A DNA stretch of 64,000 nucleotides from Arenicellales bacterium (GCA_965213865.1 OZ243928.1:2825003-2889002), one strand, 5' to 3'. Shown: positions 34,230 to 45,300, numbered from the stretch's first letter. Notes: generated by a model from the letters alone, not told the origin. Numbers and translations are program-made.

Positions 34230-34834
34230 AATCAGTTGACTTTTACTTCGATTACGTTTCGCCGTTTGCCTATCTGCTGTATAAACAGCTGGATCAGCTT
34301 CCCTCAGGTACCCAGATCAACTTCATTCCCGTTTTATTTGCCGGCTTGCTCAAACACTGGGGACATTTGGGACCGGCAGAAATTGATCGAAAAAAATTGT
34401 TCACCTACCAGCACACGACCTGGCTGGCGGCAAGAATGAATATTCCGTTTCGCATTCCGGATACTCACCCGTTTGTCCCGTTGCCCTATCTGCGGCTGAC
34501 ACTCGCCAAAGACTGCGACCCGCAGCTGATTTCGCAGCTTTTTGATGCAATCTGGACAGAAAATCTCGACCCGGGCACCGATGCAGGGCGCTGGCAAATA
34601 TTCAGCCAAATCGGATTGGACGATGCTGAAGCATTAATCCATGATTCAGCAATCAAGGCCCAGCTCATCAGCAACACCCAAAAAGCCGCTGCAAGCGGCA
34701 TTTTCGGAGTGCCAACGATGACTGCGGATGGACATCTTTTTTGGGGGTTGGACTCTCTCGAAATGCTCTCTGACTACCTCAGCAGCCCCTCGATTCTATC
34801 AACCCAGGCCATGCAAAGACTGGCCGGCATTTGA
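34226..34834 (+). CDS. DsbA-family 2-hydroxychromene-2-carboxylate isomerase-like protein
   Basis: ORF 34010..34834 is trimmed to ATG 34226 (MKSVDFYFDYVSPFAYLL...), which overlaps the ligase stop (ATGA). 'ASGIFGVPTMTADGHLFWGLDS' fits the HCCA-isomerase pattern. No CxxC. Confidence 0.78.
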   Translation: MKSVDFYFDYVSPFAYLLYKQLDQLPSGTQINFIPVLFAGLLKHWGHLGPAEIDRKKLFTYQHTTWLAARMNIPFRIPDTHPFVPLPYLRLTLAKDCDPQLISQLFDAIWTENLDPGTDAGRWQIFSQIGLDDAEALIHDSAIKAQLISNTQKAAASGIFGVPTMTADGHLFWGLDSLEMLSDYLSSPSILSTQAMQRLAGI

Positions 34835-34904
34835 CTGCAAGGACATGGAACTGAATCCGACGGATTTCGTGCCCTTTCTTGCAGAATGCGTCTTCCCTTG
34901 CTGA

Positions 34905-35669
34905 TCAGCGCGGCTGCATGCGGATTGCGCCATCCAAGCGGATCACTTCCCCATTGAGCATCTGGTTTGCAATGATGTGCCCAACCAGTTGCGCAAACTC
35001 TTGGGGCTGTCCGAGTCGCTTGGGAAACGGCACCTGACGCGCCAAGCTCTCTTGCACCTCGTCAGGCATGCCGAGCAGCATAGGGGTCGCAATCAGCCCC
35101 GGCGCGACCGTCATCACCCGAATGCCGGCACTTGAGAATTCCCGCGCGGCCTGAAGGGTCAGCGCGACAATTGCCCCTTTGGACGCGCTGTAGGCAGCCT
35201 GCCCAATCTGCCCCTCGAATGCCGAAACCGACGCGGCATTGACAATCACACCGCGCTCGCCGGCATCGTCCAGGACCGGTGCATTGCGTAATGCGGCCGC
35301 CATCACCCGAATTGCGTTGAAGGTGCCATTCAAATTGACATCGATCACATGCTTGAACTCCTCAAGCGGCATCGGTCCGTCGCGTCCGACTATACGTCTG
35401 GCGGGTGCGATTCCAGCGCAATTCACGAGAATTCTCGCCACTCCATTCGCATTCTGCGCTCTGGACACTGCGTCTTCCATCGACTGTGCTGAAGTGACAT
35501 CGACAGCGACTGCTGTCATGCTGTGCTCGATTGCGATTTTATTGACTGCATCCTCATTGATATCCAGCAGCGTCACTTTGGCGCCGTTTGCCGCGAGAAA
35601 CTCGGCAGTCGCCTTGCCCATGCCAGAGGCAGCGCCCGTAACCAGTGCGGCCTGTCCTTTAATTTTCAT
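34905..35669 (-). CDS. SDR, 3-hydroxyacyl-CoA dehydrogenase type-2-like
   Basis: 'AALVTGAASGMGKATA', 'LVNCAGIA', 'AAYSASKGAIVALT', and C-terminal 'NGEVIRLDGAIRMQP'. Confidence 0.85.
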   Translation of the reverse strand: MKIKGQAALVTGAASGMGKATAEFLAANGAKVTLLDINEDAVNKIAIEHSMTAVAVDVTSAQSMEDAVSRAQNANGVARILVNCAGIAPARRIVGRDGPMPLEEFKHVIDVNLNGTFNAIRVMAAALRNAPVLDDAGERGVIVNAASVSAFEGQIGQAAYSASKGAIVALTLQAAREFSSAGIRVMTVAPGLIATPMLLGMPDEVQESLARQVPFPKRLGQPQEFAQLVGHIIANQMLNGEVIRLDGAIRMQPR

Positions 35670-36651
35670 ATCCGCAACATCACATCCCAGTTGTCATTCT
35701 AAAACCAAACAAAACTCTGTTTATACTCAACCTCGCATAGGCTGGAAGCAATTAATCGAATAGGATTTGATCCGCTGAGCGCTTTGCTCAAGTCGTGTCG
35801 CGCCATATGCCGAGCAATGCCTGCGGCGGACAGAAAGCCGAGCAGAGCCAGCGGCATTCAAGCGAGATTCAATGCTGCTCATAGAAGAACTCGCGATTCA
35901 AATTGCGAAATGGAAAACGATAGCAGCCTGCCTCAGCTGACAGCGCAGAATACCCAATCTGCTTGCCAAATCAACTCAGGCCCTGTACAGTCGGAAAATC
36001 GGTGTCTGAGCAAATTGGGACAGCTGCGGTATCAGTAAAGTCTTAATTTAAAATGCAGGCGATGATGCAAATTCTTGCCGTCCAAATCCATTGCGCCTCA
36101 ATTTATTTGAGCCATCCTGATTCCGCATGGCTCCGCCCAATGCTCTGATCAGCTCCTCAACACCCAATCGAATCGCCGCCTGATCTCATTTCGCGGCACT
36201 TCCACAGTTCCAGACCAGATTCGCTGTACTTTTCACGCAAATTACTTGCACCGCTATCTACCCGAGTTGGATACAATGGAAATCATGAGACCGAAGGTTA
36301 AGTACCTGGAATGCGACCCGAGTTGATGCCAAAGCAAGAGCCGCGGAATAGTACGACGCATGAAACTTGCCAGCGGCGGAGTGATAAACCCGGTCTTTCG
36401 ATCTTCAGCCGATTAAATGGCTGCCGACTTGAACGAAGCACGGCATTCGGCAAATGGCTTCATGAAATCAGTCGAAGCATTGCCCGCTGTGTCAGTTGCA
36501 CACGGAATACTTGGCACCCCGGAAATCCAATCTAAAAAACGAGATCTCTTCGCTGCCAAGTTCATAATACGGATTTCAGAATTTCAATAGACATTTGGCC
36601 TGCAGCAGGTCAGCAGGATCTGTTTGCCCTAATTCCCAACCGGTATGATTC

Positions 36652-38280
36652 ATGACCTCAGAACGCGACACCCTCGAATATGATGTAATCATTGTCGGAG
36701 CCGGTCCCTCCGGGCTTGCAGCCGCCATCCGCCTGCGTCAAATGTCTATCAAGCACGAAAAAGACATATCAATCTGCGTTCTGGAAAAAGGCTCCGAAGT
36801 CGGCGCCCACATCCTGTCAGGCGCAGTCCTGCAGCCAACGGCTCTGAACGAATTGCTGCCCGACTGGAAAGATAAAGACGCCCCGCTGAAGACACCGGCA
36901 ACCCGCGATTCGATGATGTTTCTGACCGCGAAGTCAGCGATTCGTCTGCCGACTCTGCCGCAGATGAAAAACCATGGCAACTACATTATATCCCTTGGCA
37001 ATCTGTGTCGCTGGCTGGCGGACCAAGCCACCGCAATCGGAGTCGATATTTTTCCCGGCTTCGCGGCCGCCGAGGTACTGTATGACGATAATCGTGTCGC
37101 AGGCGTGGCGACTGGAGATATGGGAATTGGCAAAGACGGAGAGCAGACCGCCAATTTTACCCGCGGCGTTGAGCTGCGCTCTCGCTATACCCTGTTTGCA
37201 GAAGGCTGCCGAGGATCGCTCACCAAAATGCTTTTCGAAAAGTACCGCCTGAGAGACAATGTCGATCCGCAGACTTTCGGAATTGGAATCAAGGAATTAT
37301 GGGAAATCAATCCTGACCGGCACGAACCGGGCCATGTCTGGCACAGCATCGGCTGGCCGCTTGACCGCCGGACCTACGGCGGCTCATTCATCTATCACCT
37401 CGAAAACAATCAGGTGGCGCTCGGATTTGTGGTCGGCCTTGATTATCAAAATCCGCATCTCAGTCCGTTCCAAGAGCTGCAAAGATTCAAGCACCACCCT
37501 TGTGTGCAGCCGCTCCTTGAGGACGGCCAGCGAATTGTCTACGGCGCCCGGGCTCTGAACGAGGGCGGTTTCCAATCGATACCGAAGTTAACATTTCCAG
37601 GCGGCGCTCTGATTGGCGACTGCGCTGGCTTTCTGAACACGCCGAAAATCAAAGGCACTCATACAAGCATGAAATCCGGCATGCTGGCGGCGGAGGCGGT
37701 TTTCAGCAAGTTTGCCGACGGCAGCGACAGCGAACTGACTGACTATCCGGAAAAACTGAAAAACTCATGGGTCTGGGACGAGCTGTATCGGGCACGAAAT
37801 ATTCGACCCGCCTTTCAAAAGGGCTTGTGGGCCGGGATGATGCATGCCGGACTGGATACATTCGTTTTTCGCGGCCGCGCGCCCTGGACAATGCATCACC
37901 ACGAGGATCACAAGGCGACCAAGAAAGCATCGCAATGCACTCCGATTGAGTATCCAAAGCCTGATGGCATCATTAGTTTCGATAGAAATTCTTCTGTCTA
38001 TCTGTCCAACACCAATCATGAAGAGAATCAGCCTGCTCATTTGACACTGAAAGATCATGCGGTGCCGATCGAAGTCAACCTGAAAGACTACGATGCGCCC
38101 GAGCAGCGCTACTGTCCCGCCGGGGTCTATGAGATTGTGCGTGAGAACGAAAGCGCCAAGCTTGTGATCAATGCGCAAAACTGTGTGCACTGCAAGACTT
38201 GTGATATCAAAGATATGACGCAAAACATCAACTGGGTGGTTCCAGAAGGCGGCGGCGGACCGAATTACCCCAATATGTAG
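36652..38280 (+). CDS. Electron-transfer flavoprotein:ubiquinone oxidoreductase (ETF-QO)
   Basis: 542 aa. '[19 protein letters not shown]' is the FAD motif. The C-terminal 4Fe-4S region is '[10 protein letters not shown]' ... '[15 protein letters not shown]'. Confidence 0.92.
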   Translation: MTSERDTLEYDVIIVGAGPSGLAAAIRLRQMSIKHEKDISICVLEKGSEVGAHILSGAVLQPTALNELLPDWKDKDAPLKTPATRDSMMFLTAKSAIRLPTLPQMKNHGNYIISLGNLCRWLADQATAIGVDIFPGFAAAEVLYDDNRVAGVATGDMGIGKDGEQTANFTRGVELRSRYTLFAEGCRGSLTKMLFEKYRLRDNVDPQTFGIGIKELWEINPDRHEPGHVWHSIGWPLDRRTYGGSFIYHLENNQVALGFVVGLDYQNPHLSPFQELQRFKHHPCVQPLLEDGQRIVYGARALNEGGFQSIPKLTFPGGALIGDCAGFLNTPKIKGTHTSMKSGMLAAEAVFSKFADGSDSELTDYPEKLKNSWVWDELYRARNIRPAFQKGLWAGMMHAGLDTFVFRGRAPWTMHHHEDHKATKKASQCTPIEYPKPDGIISFDRNSSVYLSNTNHEENQPAHLTLKDHAVPIEVNLKDYDAPEQRYCPAGVYEIVRENESAKLVINAQNCVHCKTCDIKDMTQNINWVVPEGGGGPNYPNM

Positions 38281-38652
38281 ACACTGCTGGATGCCAGCAT
38301 CGCAGTTGCAACGATCCGCTCGGGAGCGCCACATGAGATTGGCGAATCATGCTTGAGGGTTTGCGAAAACAATTGAACCTGCTGCGGTGTCGGATGGGGA
38401 TTCATCAATTCGAGACGATTGAGGTTAAATTTTCATTCGGATCAGCCGGTCGCGTAGAAATAGTCGAATGCAAGCACTGCAAACTGAAGCTATCCCGGCA
38501 GCTGCAAGAAAATTCCTAAGCAAATAACTCAAACCTCGCGCCTTTGGCGAATGAGCCATGCACTTTACAATCTCGCTCACTCAACAGCCCGAGTATCAGC
38601 TGATAACGCTCAAGCATGACACCAGATGAAACCAGCCAGTCAACCGCCCCAT

Positions 38653-40053
38653 ATGTCATCCGAAGAATTTCGGCTCTCCGGTCATGAGACAATCGATTTT
38701 ATCAGCCGCTACATGGATCAGATTGAATCGTATCCCGTTCTCTCACCCGTTGCACCCGGCAGTGTTTACCAAAGCTTTCCAGCCCACCCGCCCCAGTATG
38801 GAGAATCTTATGCGGACGTTCTCAAAGACCTTGAGGATAAAATTATTCCAGGTTTGACGCACTGGCAGTCACCGAATTTTTATGCCTATTTCCCGACCCA
38901 TGCATCAGGTCCGTCAATTTTGGGTGATCTGCTTTCGTCCGGCTTTGGCATACAGGGAATGCTGTGGTCAACCAGCCCGGCCTGCACCGAGCTCGAAACA
39001 CTGGTATTGGACTGGATGGTGGAAATTGCCGGCTTGCCAGAGCACTTTCACTCCGCTCACTCAGGCGGCGGCGTCATTCAGGATTCAGCTTCTTCCGCTT
39101 GCCTATGCGCGGTCGTCGCAGCCCGCGAAAAAGTTTTCACTGCAAAGCCGCACCTGCACCTGCCTGACCTTACGGCCTATATCTCCGATCAGACTCACTC
39201 ATCCGGCGAGAAAGGACTGAAGATCGCGGGCTTTCGTGATGATCAGATTCGCAAAATTGATGTGGATGAACGTTTCCGAATGCGCTTCGATCGACTCGCA
39301 GGCGCAATCGCCGCGGATATCGCGGCCGGCAAGCAGCCAGCGTTTGTGTGTGCAACTATCGGCACGACATCCTCGCTGGCCGTTGATCCAATCGCCGAAA
39401 TCGCGGCACTCGCACGGCAGCATGACATCTGGCTTCATGTCGATGCTGCGCACAGCGGCAGTGCGACAGTCTGCCCGGAATACCGGTATTTGCTAGACGG
39501 CCTTGAGCACGCAAACAGCTATTGCTTCAATCCACACAAGTGGCTTCTGACCAACTTTGACTGCGACTTGTTTTACGTCGCGCACAAGCAAGACCTGGTT
39601 GACGCGCTGACTTTCTCTCCAGAATACCTGAAAAACAAAGCCACTGATTCCGGTCATGTGTTTGACTACAGCGGCTGGCAGGTTTCACTTGGCAGACGCT
39701 TTCGCTCCCTTAAGCTTTGGCTCGTCATCCGGCATTATGGCATCGAAGGACTGCGGGCTCATATCCGCAAGCACACTGAGCTGGCAGCATATCTCACCGA
39801 CTGGATCAAGCAGGATGACGAATTCGAGCTGTTTCAGCCCACCAGCCTCAACCTAGTCTGTTTCAGGCACAAGCAGGGCAACGCAAAAACCAAGCAGGTG
39901 GCAGATCAGGTCAACTCTTCTGGGAAAGCGTTTATCACGCACACGATACTCGACGGTGTCTATGTGATTCGTCTTGCCGTCGGCGCAATCCGAACCGAGC
40001 TGAGCCATCTGGAGGAGACTTGGCGGGTCATCAAGCTCGCGGCGCGCGACTGA
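38653..40053 (+). CDS. PLP-dependent aromatic-L-amino-acid/tyrosine decarboxylase (group II)
   Basis: 'LTHWQSPNFYAYFP' and 'LHVDAAHSGSA', with the PLP-Lys context 'NSYCFNPHKWLLTNFDC'. ATG 38653 (MSSEEFR...) is preferred to 38626. Confidence 0.85.
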   Translation: MSSEEFRLSGHETIDFISRYMDQIESYPVLSPVAPGSVYQSFPAHPPQYGESYADVLKDLEDKIIPGLTHWQSPNFYAYFPTHASGPSILGDLLSSGFGIQGMLWSTSPACTELETLVLDWMVEIAGLPEHFHSAHSGGGVIQDSASSACLCAVVAAREKVFTAKPHLHLPDLTAYISDQTHSSGEKGLKIAGFRDDQIRKIDVDERFRMRFDRLAGAIAADIAAGKQPAFVCATIGTTSSLAVDPIAEIAALARQHDIWLHVDAAHSGSATVCPEYRYLLDGLEHANSYCFNPHKWLLTNFDCDLFYVAHKQDLVDALTFSPEYLKNKATDSGHVFDYSGWQVSLGRRFRSLKLWLVIRHYGIEGLRAHIRKHTELAAYLTDWIKQDDEFELFQPTSLNLVCFRHKQGNAKTKQVADQVNSSGKAFITHTILDGVYVIRLAVGAIRTELSHLEETWRVIKLAARD

Positions 40054-40086
40054 CAGCAGCACGGCAGCTTGACCGATCGAAGGCGC

Positions 40087-41643
40087 TCAGCGGCTGGCCG
40101 ACATTTGCGCAATGATCGTATTGGCAACCTGCAGTCTTTGTATCTTGCCGGACGGCCCCTTGGGCAGATCATCCATAAAGAAGATTCGCTTCGGACTTCG
40201 AAACTGTCCCAGTTCTGCGTTGCAAAATTCTATCAATTCTGATTCTGAGCAGCTCTGTCCGTCCTTGAGCGCTACCGCAACCGCGATCTCCTGACCATAG
40301 GCTTCGTCTGGAAAGCCGAACGCCCCAGCTTCCCGCACGGCAGAATGGTGATATAAGACATCATCGATTTCGCGCGGTGAGATGTTTTCTCCGCCTTTGA
40401 TGATGAGCTCCTTGATTCGGCCGGTGATAAAAAAGTATCCATTTTCATCCTGATAGCCAAGATCTCCAGTTGCAAACCAGCCGTCTTCAGTAAATGCAGA
40501 CTGTGTTGCTTCGGTATCGTTATAGTATTCACGGATGACATTGTCGCCTTTGACGACAATCTGACCCGCTTGCCCGACTGGCATCTCAAGATTCTTTTCA
40601 TCGACAACTTTCACTTGATTGCCAAAAGCGATCCCGACTGAACCTGCAATACGTTTTGCAGGCGGCAGGGGATTTGCCAGTATCGGAGCCGCTGTTTCGG
40701 TGAGTCCCATGGTTTCAAGCATTGGAATGTTGAACGTTTTTTCGAAATCAGCATGCATGCCGGCCGGCATTGCAGAGGATGCCGAGCGTCCCATGCGCAA
40801 TCGCTGCAAGTCCGAGGAATCGACTGCAAAACCATTTTTATGCGCATGATCAAGCAGATATTTTGCCATCGTTGGCACGATACTGATCCAGCTGCATTGA
40901 TACTGCTTGACGTGCGTCCAGAATTGCCGGGCACTGAACTTATGCGGCATAACGACCGCTGAGCCGCTGACCAGCGGCGCGATGCAAGTGACAATCTGAC
41001 CGTTGATGTGATATAGCGGCAAAACACAATAGGCAATGTCTTCTTTTGCAAGCTGATGCGCCAAAGCCACATTGTGACCGCCAGCAATCATGTTGGCATG
41101 AGTCAGAACGGCGCCTTTTGGCAGCCCGACCGTGCCGGAAGTATGCAAAATCATGCCAGTCGAACTGCCGCTGAGCGACTTGAGCGGTCTGGGTTCAATC
41201 TCGCGCGGCGCATCAATGCCGTCTATCCCGTCCACCGAATGCACAGCAATCTCGCGAATGCTTGACTTCAAATTTTCACCGCCGAGTATGTCTGCAAGCA
41301 ATTCGCGGTAATTTTCACTCACAAATACAATTTCAACCTGCGCATTTCTCAAAGCATGGCGCAAATTGGCTTTACTGGCCACGGCGTTCAGCGGCACAGT
41401 CACGTGGCCGCTGTAAATCGTCCCAAGCATGACTACCGCGGTCCAGTAGCCGTTATCCATAAGAAACCCGACTTTCGCAGGCTCGTCCAAGCCGGCTTTT
41501 GAAAGAAAATCGCTCAGCTGCTGGCAGCGGGTGCGCAGGCCGCCGAACGTCAGCGATAAATTTGAATCCGGATCAATCAGATAAGTTCGCTCGCCGTGGA
41601 CAGCTGCGCTGTGATCAACAAGTGACCGAACTGACTGAGACAT
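40087..41643 (-). CDS. AMP-dependent acyl-CoA ligase
   Basis: 'MILHTSGTVGLPKGAVLTH', 'DGWFATGDLGYQD', 'KGPSGKIQRLQ'. Confidence 0.85.
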   Translation of the reverse strand: MSQSVRSLVDHSAAVHGERTYLIDPDSNLSLTFGGLRTRCQQLSDFLSKAGLDEPAKVGFLMDNGYWTAVVMLGTIYSGHVTVPLNAVASKANLRHALRNAQVEIVFVSENYRELLADILGGENLKSSIREIAVHSVDGIDGIDAPREIEPRPLKSLSGSSTGMILHTSGTVGLPKGAVLTHANMIAGGHNVALAHQLAKEDIAYCVLPLYHINGQIVTCIAPLVSGSAVVMPHKFSARQFWTHVKQYQCSWISIVPTMAKYLLDHAHKNGFAVDSSDLQRLRMGRSASSAMPAGMHADFEKTFNIPMLETMGLTETAAPILANPLPPAKRIAGSVGIAFGNQVKVVDEKNLEMPVGQAGQIVVKGDNVIREYYNDTEATQSAFTEDGWFATGDLGYQDENGYFFITGRIKELIIKGGENISPREIDDVLYHHSAVREAGAFGFPDEAYGQEIAVAVALKDGQSCSESELIEFCNAELGQFRSPKRIFFMDDLPKGPSGKIQRLQVANTIIAQMSASR

Positions 41644-41654
41644 AAAAAAACTCC

Positions 41655-43091
41655 TCAGACGGAGGCAGATGGGTGATACTTCTGAAGATACTGGCCAAAA
41701 AGGCTTTTCTCGGAAGGCTTGTCTTCGGGGATTTCAGTCGACAGGTGAGTAATGTTCAGAAAATGCCGATAGTTTAAGTTTTCGGTAATGCTGTTGCCGC
41801 CCCAGGTGCCGCAGCCCATGCTCAGCGTGAAATTCAATCCACTGGCAAAACCGCCCCCGTTACCAAATGTATGCGCCTGATTGACCAGCACTCGAACAAC
41901 ATCTATGTTTTGAGCCATGTAACGCGCCTGCTTGAGGTCTGTGGTATGAATGCCGCAGGAATGGCCCGCCCCTTGGTAATTCAGGATTGCTTTGACCTTG
42001 CTGACCGCAGCATCGAAGTCACCGGCACGATAAACAGTCAGGATTACGCTGAGTTTCTCCCCTGAAAGCGGATGCTCAGGCCCAATCCCGTCCTCCTCAA
42101 CCATAATGAACCGAGTGTCGGCCGGCGCATCATCAAGCTGAAAATGCTGTGTCAGGACTTGAGGGTCTTTGGCAATCAGCTCACGATTCAAAGAGCCTGG
42201 CTTGGACCACAGCTGCTGCTCAATTCGCTTTTTCTCAGCAGCGGTCGCGAGATAGCCGCCCTGATTGGCGAATTCACGCAGCATCGCATCATAAACAGCA
42301 TCCACAATGATCACTGAATTTTCAGATGAGCATGATGTGCCGTTGTCAAATGTCTTGGACATGCGAATGCATTCGGCCGCCTTGCCAAGATTGGCGCTCG
42401 CATCAATGACAACCGGGACATTGCCGACCCCCACCCCGATTGCAGGCTTGCCGCTTGAGTAGGCGCCCCGAACATTATTCTGAGAACCAGTGACGACGAT
42501 CAAGTCTACCGCCTGCATCAGTGCTTGCGTTGCCTCGCGGCTGACAGGCGCTGGCAGTATCTGCACCAGATTCTCGGGCACACCGATGACCGCCAGCTCA
42601 GCTCGAATCAAATCGATCGCGAGATTGGTCGCATTCCAGCCTGCAGGCGATGGCGCCACGATGATGGCGTTGCGCCCTTTGACTGCCATCATGCATTTAT
42701 TGATCGGTGTTGCGGCCGGGTTGGTTGACGGAGTGACCGCACCGACAATGCCAACGGGCTTGGCATACTTGACCAGTCCACGCTCTCGATTGTCTTCAAT
42801 CACCCCTACCGTCTGAACCCGCATCAGGTCGCGCAGTGTGCCGAAAGTCTTGCGCTTGTTTTTGATAATCTTATCGGCAACATTGCCTAACGCAGTATCA
42901 CTGACCGCCAGCTCGGCCAGACGAACTGCATTGCAGTTTTGGTAAAGCGACCAGGCGATGGCCGTCACTGCTTCATCAACACGCTGCTGATCGGCATCGC
43001 GAAACTCATCAAACGCTTCGCGAGCTTGGTCCACAACCGCATGGACACTGGACTGGGGGCTTGTCATATTTATATTTGCATTCTTGGGCAT
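41655..43091 (-). CDS. CoA-acylating aldehyde dehydrogenase (AdhE N-domain / EutE / SauS-like)
   Basis: 'IVGAVTPSTNPAATPINK' and 'IVVTGSQNNVR', with the catalytic-Cys context 'SKTFDNGTSCSSENSV'. It ends 11 nt upstream of the ligase gene on the same strand. Confidence 0.78.
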   Translation of the reverse strand: MPKNANINMTSPQSSVHAVVDQAREAFDEFRDADQQRVDEAVTAIAWSLYQNCNAVRLAELAVSDTALGNVADKIIKNKRKTFGTLRDLMRVQTVGVIEDNRERGLVKYAKPVGIVGAVTPSTNPAATPINKCMMAVKGRNAIIVAPSPAGWNATNLAIDLIRAELAVIGVPENLVQILPAPVSREATQALMQAVDLIVVTGSQNNVRGAYSSGKPAIGVGVGNVPVVIDASANLGKAAECIRMSKTFDNGTSCSSENSVIIVDAVYDAMLREFANQGGYLATAAEKKRIEQQLWSKPGSLNRELIAKDPQVLTQHFQLDDAPADTRFIMVEEDGIGPEHPLSGEKLSVILTVYRAGDFDAAVSKVKAILNYQGAGHSCGIHTTDLKQARYMAQNIDVVRVLVNQAHTFGNGGGFASGLNFTLSMGCGTWGGNSITENLNYRHFLNITHLSTEIPEDKPSEKSLFGQYLQKYHPSASV

Positions 43092-43166
43092 CTAAGCTCT
43101 GCAGCAGATCGGCTGCTCATTATAATTGGCAAACTTTTGCGCATAGGCAATTCAAGCGGAAGACAA

Positions 43167-43505
43167 ATGAATCAGATTCAATGGCATGATTTCGAAAAGA
43201 TTGAGCTTCGGGTCGGCACGGTTACGGAAGTAGAGGCGTTTCCGCAGGCACGACGGCCAGCGTATAAAGTATATGCCGATTTCGGATCGGAAATTGGTAC
43301 ACTCAAATCCAGTGCACAAATTACAGATCTATACCAGCCTGATGATTTGGTTGGCCAGCAGATTGTTGCGGTTGTCAATTTTCCAGTCAAGCAGATCGGT
43401 CCATTCATGTCGCAATTTCTGCTGACTGGATTTACTCAGGAAAATGGCTCAGTCGTCATCGTCAAGCCTGAGCGCCCGGTCGCCAATGGGCTGAAACTGG
43501 GGTGA
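43167..43505 (+). CDS. tRNA-binding-domain protein (CsaA/YgjH family)
   Basis: ORF 42939..43505 is trimmed to ATG 43167. The 112-aa product carries 'FEKIELRVGTVTEVEAFPQARRPAYKVYADFG'. Confidence 0.85.
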   Translation: MNQIQWHDFEKIELRVGTVTEVEAFPQARRPAYKVYADFGSEIGTLKSSAQITDLYQPDDLVGQQIVAVVNFPVKQIGPFMSQFLLTGFTQENGSVVIVKPERPVANGLKLG

Positions 43506-43512
43506 CACAGCA

Positions 43513-45300
43513 TCAACGCTGCATCTGCTCATCGCTTAGCGCCATCACGTTCGAAACACAGGATTGAATCGTTTCCGCATAACACCTTGAGCGAGGCATA
43601 ATCTCACCGGCGAAGAATCTGGCGGTCGCAACTTTGGCTTCCAGAAAACTCCTGTCGAATTGGTCCGAATCGAACAGGCGGACGGCTCGCGCCGCCGATA
43701 AAGCCATCAGCCAGCCTGCCACCGTCAGTGAAAACAAGTGCATATACGCCACGCTGGCAGCTGTAATATTGGGATCTTCTCCACCCGTTTCATAAATCCA
43801 GTCTGTCGCCGACTTGAGCTGTCTCAGACTTTTCTTTGCTGCTTTGACAATGCCGGCACTCAATGCAGTACCGCTGCATTCGCAGCGCAGTGACTCGGCA
43901 ATCTTCTCGACCATGAAATAAATCGCTTTGTCATCATCTTTCAGAATTTTGCGACTGATCAGATCGTTTGCCTGAATTCCTGTGGTCCCTTCGTAAATCG
44001 GCGTAATGCGCGCGTCACGCATATGCTGCGCCGCCCCCGTTTCCTCAATAAAGCCCATGCCGCCATGCACCTGCACCCCAATGTAGGTCACCTCATTGCC
44101 AATTTCGGCACACCAGCCTTTGACCAGCGGGATCAGCAGACCTAAATCTTTTTGAGCATTTTCACGAATCCGCGCATCTGGATGAGAGTTGGACAAATCG
44201 AAAACGCTGGACGCATAATATGCCAGACAGCGCATTGATTCATTCAGTGACTTCATCGTCATCAGCATGCGCCGCACATCCGGATGATGCATGATCGCCA
44301 CTTTTTCGCGCGACCCCGGCATACTGCCTTGAACTCTGCCTCTGGCATAATCAAGAGCTTGCTGATACGCGCGCTCGCCGACCGCCAGGCCTTCGACACC
44401 TACAGCATGACGCGCCAGGTTCATCATTGTGAACATATACTCCAGACCGCGGTTTTTCTCACCGACCAGATAACCGATCGCACCGCCATTGTCACCGTAT
44501 GACATCACCGCTGTCGGACTGGCGCGAATGCCCAGCTTGTGTTCCAGTGACACGCAGCGGAGATCGTTTCTCTCGCCGAGACTGCCATCTGGGTTCACCA
44601 GGAATTTCGGCACAATGAACAAGGAAATCCCTTTCACCCCTGCGGGTGAATCAGTACAGCGTGCAAGAACAAAGTGAATAATATTTTCGGTCAGGTCATG
44701 CTCGCCATAGGTGATGAATATTTTCTGCCCGGCAATGCGATAGCAGTCACCGTGCGGCTCGGCTTTGGTGCGTATCGCAGCTAAATCCGAACCTGCATGC
44801 GACTCGGTTAGATTCATGGTTCCAGACCATTGGCCAGAGACCAATTTCTGCATGTACTTCTCGCACTGCTCAGGCGAGCCGTGTGACTCCAAGGCGCGAA
44901 CCGCACCTTGGGTAAGCAATGGACACAGCCCGAATGACATATTGGCAGAGTGCCACATTTCCTGTACCGGTGTGGCAACCGACCAGGGCAATCCTTGTCC
45001 GCCGATCTGCGAGCTGAAAGCCAGGCCATTCCAGCCGCCATCAATGAATTGCTGGTAGGCGTTTTTCCAGCCGGGCGGAGTCGACACCTCGCCCTCAATA
45101 CAAGTTGAGCTGACCTGATCACCGACCTTGTTCAGAGGTGCGAGAACCTCAGCGGTAAACTTTGCAGATTCTTCCAAGATTGCACTGACCAATGAATCGT
45201 CAATATCTGCATAGACCTCCAAAGAGAGAATATGAGCAAGATCGACAACATGGTTCAGAACGAACCGCATATCGGTGATTGGGGCGCGATAGTCTGGCAT
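43513..45300 (-). CDS. Large acyl-CoA dehydrogenase (FadE/DmdC-like, with C-terminal extension)
   Basis: 595 aa with 'MPDYRAPITDMRFVL', 'QWSGTMNLTESHAGSDL', 'GQKIFITYGEHDL' and 'TPIYEGTTGIQANDLI'. Confidence 0.88.
   Translation of the reverse strand: MPDYRAPITDMRFVLNHVVDLAHILSLEVYADIDDSLVSAILEESAKFTAEVLAPLNKVGDQVSSTCIEGEVSTPPGWKNAYQQFIDGGWNGLAFSSQIGGQGLPWSVATPVQEMWHSANMSFGLCPLLTQGAVRALESHGSPEQCEKYMQKLVSGQWSGTMNLTESHAGSDLAAIRTKAEPHGDCYRIAGQKIFITYGEHDLTENIIHFVLARCTDSPAGVKGISLFIVPKFLVNPDGSLGERNDLRCVSLEHKLGIRASPTAVMSYGDNGGAIGYLVGEKNRGLEYMFTMMNLARHAVGVEGLAVGERAYQQALDYARGRVQGSMPGSREKVAIMHHPDVRRMLMTMKSLNESMRCLAYYASSVFDLSNSHPDARIRENAQKDLGLLIPLVKGWCAEIGNEVTYIGVQVHGGMGFIEETGAAQHMRDARITPIYEGTTGIQANDLISRKILKDDDKAIYFMVEKIAESLRCECSGTALSAGIVKAAKKSLRQLKSATDWIYETGGEDPNITAASVAYMHLFSLTVAGWLMALSAARAVRLFDSDQFDRSFLEAKVATARFFAGEIMPRSRCYAETIQSCVSNVMALSDEQMQR

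Noticed and set aside
38349-38519. 56-codon ORF (MLEGLRKQLNLLRCRMGIHQFETIEVKFSFGSAGRVEIVECKHCKLKLSRQLQENS) between the ETF-QO and decarboxylase genes.
   Set aside because: It has no convincing RBS, only three Cys (not a clear zinc ribbon) and no family I recognise. It is below the size at which an ORF alone is evidence.
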